From assembly GCF_006345805.1 (NCBI RefSeq), contig NC_043014.1, positions 50,282,001 through 50,346,000 of the forward strand: DNA of 64,000 bases, read 5' to 3'. This document shows positions 61,809-64,000 of this stretch, one piece after another. Each line of letters begins with the position of its first letter. The stretch's first letter is position 1. Below the pieces are notes generated by a model that did no database searches, was not told the DNA's origin, and saw only the letters and a list, made by a program, of their open reading frames with translations. The position numbers and the translations under genes were made by a program. The stretch is from Octopus sinensis. Lineage: Eukaryota.

Positions 61809-62561
61809 AATATGGTCTTTTGTATGAACGCACAGAGAGAAATGGTAGTTTTCTTAGAATATAAACGAGGATGATGTTTACACTTTCGAATACTCATGGA
61901 GAGAGGAAAAGATAAGTCGTCACACATTAGTTGAAGATATTAAAGTTTTTTTTCTTCTTAAAGCTGATCGTTTGTGTGTTCGAAAGCTGTCGGTATGTAA
62001 GTTTCCTAACTTATTTGATTTTGAGGGAGATTTAAAATATTCACAGGAAATTGTAGATATTCCAGTCTTTGGGAATACTAGAAGGAAAAGATGTTCAGCT
62101 TGTTGGATTTGTGAATTTCTGAATCCTTTTTTTCTTTTTATTTTGGAATTTTTCTTCTTTTCTTTTTTTTTTTGAAAGATTTTCTGCGGTTTACAGTTTT
62201 TGTAGTTGTGTAATATGTATATATTGGCAGGTGCTTACTTCCTTAATTTTTTTTTATCGTACATTTAATTGTGTTGTTTCAATAAAAGGCATGTTTACAT
62301 ATTCTGTTAGTCAGAGAAGAAGGAAAGACAAAATGTTCACTCAAAATTGGAGATATTAAAATTTCTAAATTTTTGTTTTTTGATGTGTTTGTTTATGTCC
62401 AAAGCTGTAGATATGTAACTTCCTTAACTTATTTTGAAAGAAATTCAAAATACTCACAGAAAACTCTAGATATTCCAGTCTTTTACAGTCATTTTTCAGT
62501 TGTCCTGCTGGGTTGTATTAGTGTTTGTTATTATTATTATTGGGTTGTATTAGTGTTGTTA

Positions 62562-62623
<62 letters not shown>

Positions 62624-62644
62624 TATTTGTTTATTTATTTTTTG

Positions 62645-62830
62645 TTCTGCGAGCTGGCAGAATCGTTAGTAAGCCGGAAAAGATACTTAGCGGTACTTCG
62701 CTCTGAGTTCAAATTCCACCGAGGTCGACTTTGCCTTTCATCATTTCGAGGTCAATAAATTAAATACCAGTGAAAGCCTGGGGCTCTCCCCACAAATTTC
62801 AGACTTAAGGAAGAAATTATTATTTATCTA
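62645..62830 (+). mobile_element. SINE-B-related copy
   Basis: gcgagctggcagaatcgttag...ctgagttcaaattccaccgaggtcgactttgcctttcatc. Confidence 0.8.
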
Positions 62831-62849
62831 TTTAGCTATTAATTTATAT

Positions 62850-63070
62850 TTCTAGTCGCTGAGCTGCTAAAATCCTTAATGATTGAAGGGACAAAATGCC
62901 TACCGGCATTTCTTCCGGCACTCTGCCTCCTGTATTCAAATTCCGCCGAAGTTAACTTTGCCTTTCACCGTTTCGTTTCGAAGACAAAAGAATATTAGCC
63001 ATTTAACATTGAGGTCGATGTAACTGTCTAACCTTGGCCCTTAAAATTGCTGTATAAAAATTTCAAGCCA
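62850..63070 (+). mobile_element. Older SINE-B-related copy
   Basis: gctgagctgctaaaatcc...gtattcaaattccgccgaagttaactttgcctttcacc. Confidence 0.6.
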
Positions 63071-63557
63071 AAAAGAAAGAATGCTTCACATGGTAGGATA
63101 ACTGCATCAGTTTTTTTTTCCTATCTTCAGTAAATATAGACTTAATTACATCTCGGGAAACCATGCATAAATTTCCTGAAGGTTAATAAATTCTATCTGA
63201 AAAATCTCCATCAAATTTGTATATCCTAATATTGTTATTTTCTGGAACTTCTCTATGTGTGTTGTTAAAAGTAAATATACCATGCATATGTGTGGTTTTC
63301 TTGTAGATTTTCAAATATGAAATCCATATTGCAATGTTAGATGCTTAACTTCGTCGTCTCTCATATCAGTTTTAATTCAACACATAACTTTTAATAATTA
63401 TTTAGTTATAGCGTCTTCTGCAGTAGGTTCAGGCCGACCCAAATCGTATATATATATATATATATATATAAATGCGTATAATTGTATGTATACATACATA
63501 TATATATATTATATATATATATATATTATATAATAATAAATGCGTATACATACATAC

Positions 63558-63613
<56 letters not shown>

Positions 63614-63639
63614 TATATATAATGCGTATACATACATAC

Positions 63640-63675
<36 letters not shown>

Positions 63676-64000
63676 GTGTGTGTGCGTGTATGTATGTGTC
63701 TGTCTGTGTATGCATGTGTTTATATGTGATTATGTGTGTTTGTGTGTGTGTGCATATGTGTTTGGTTTGTGTCTATCTGAGTGTGTGTGTGTGTGTGTGC
63801 GTGTGTATGCATGTTTTTATATGCGTTTTGTATGTTTGTGTGCGTTTGTGTGCGTGTTTCTGTCTGTGTATCTGTGTGTGTTTGGTTTGTGTCTATCTGT
63901 GTTAGTGTGTGTGTGTGTGTGTGATGTGTGTTTATGTGTGTCTGTGTGTCTATATCTGTGTCTGTGTGTCTATATCTGTGCGTGTCCCCTACCACCGCTT

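Overview
Repeat-dominated, AT-rich eukaryotic DNA. The tRNA-derived SINE families and the abundant (TA)n/(CA)n/(AAT)n/(GATA)n/(TACA)n microsatellites look like an Octopus (coleoid cephalopod) genome; this is inferred from repeat content, not from a search. I recognise no host protein-coding gene: most ORF-track entries are microsatellite artefacts and the rest are transposon remnants. Supported content: about 20 copies or fragments of one tRNA SINE (called SINE-A here, with an internal TA/TG microsatellite), a second tRNA SINE (SINE-B, including a dimer bounded by a single TSD), a third SINE head (SINE-C) joined to three different 3' tails, two R4/Dong-type LINE 3' ends in (AAT)n, a Tx1/L1 ORF2 remnant, Penelope-like fragments (one with GIY-YIG and RT thumb, two carrying degenerate hammerhead-ribozyme motifs), Tigger/pogo and mariner remnants, a 550-bp palindromic mariner MITE, a second MITE, a non-autonomous Helitron with both termini, 18/105-bp, 245-bp and ~490-bp tandem arrays (the last with a fold-back inversion) and a 100-N gap. 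SINE-A/B/C/D are my working labels, and most repeat boundaries are approximate (+/-10-20 bp).
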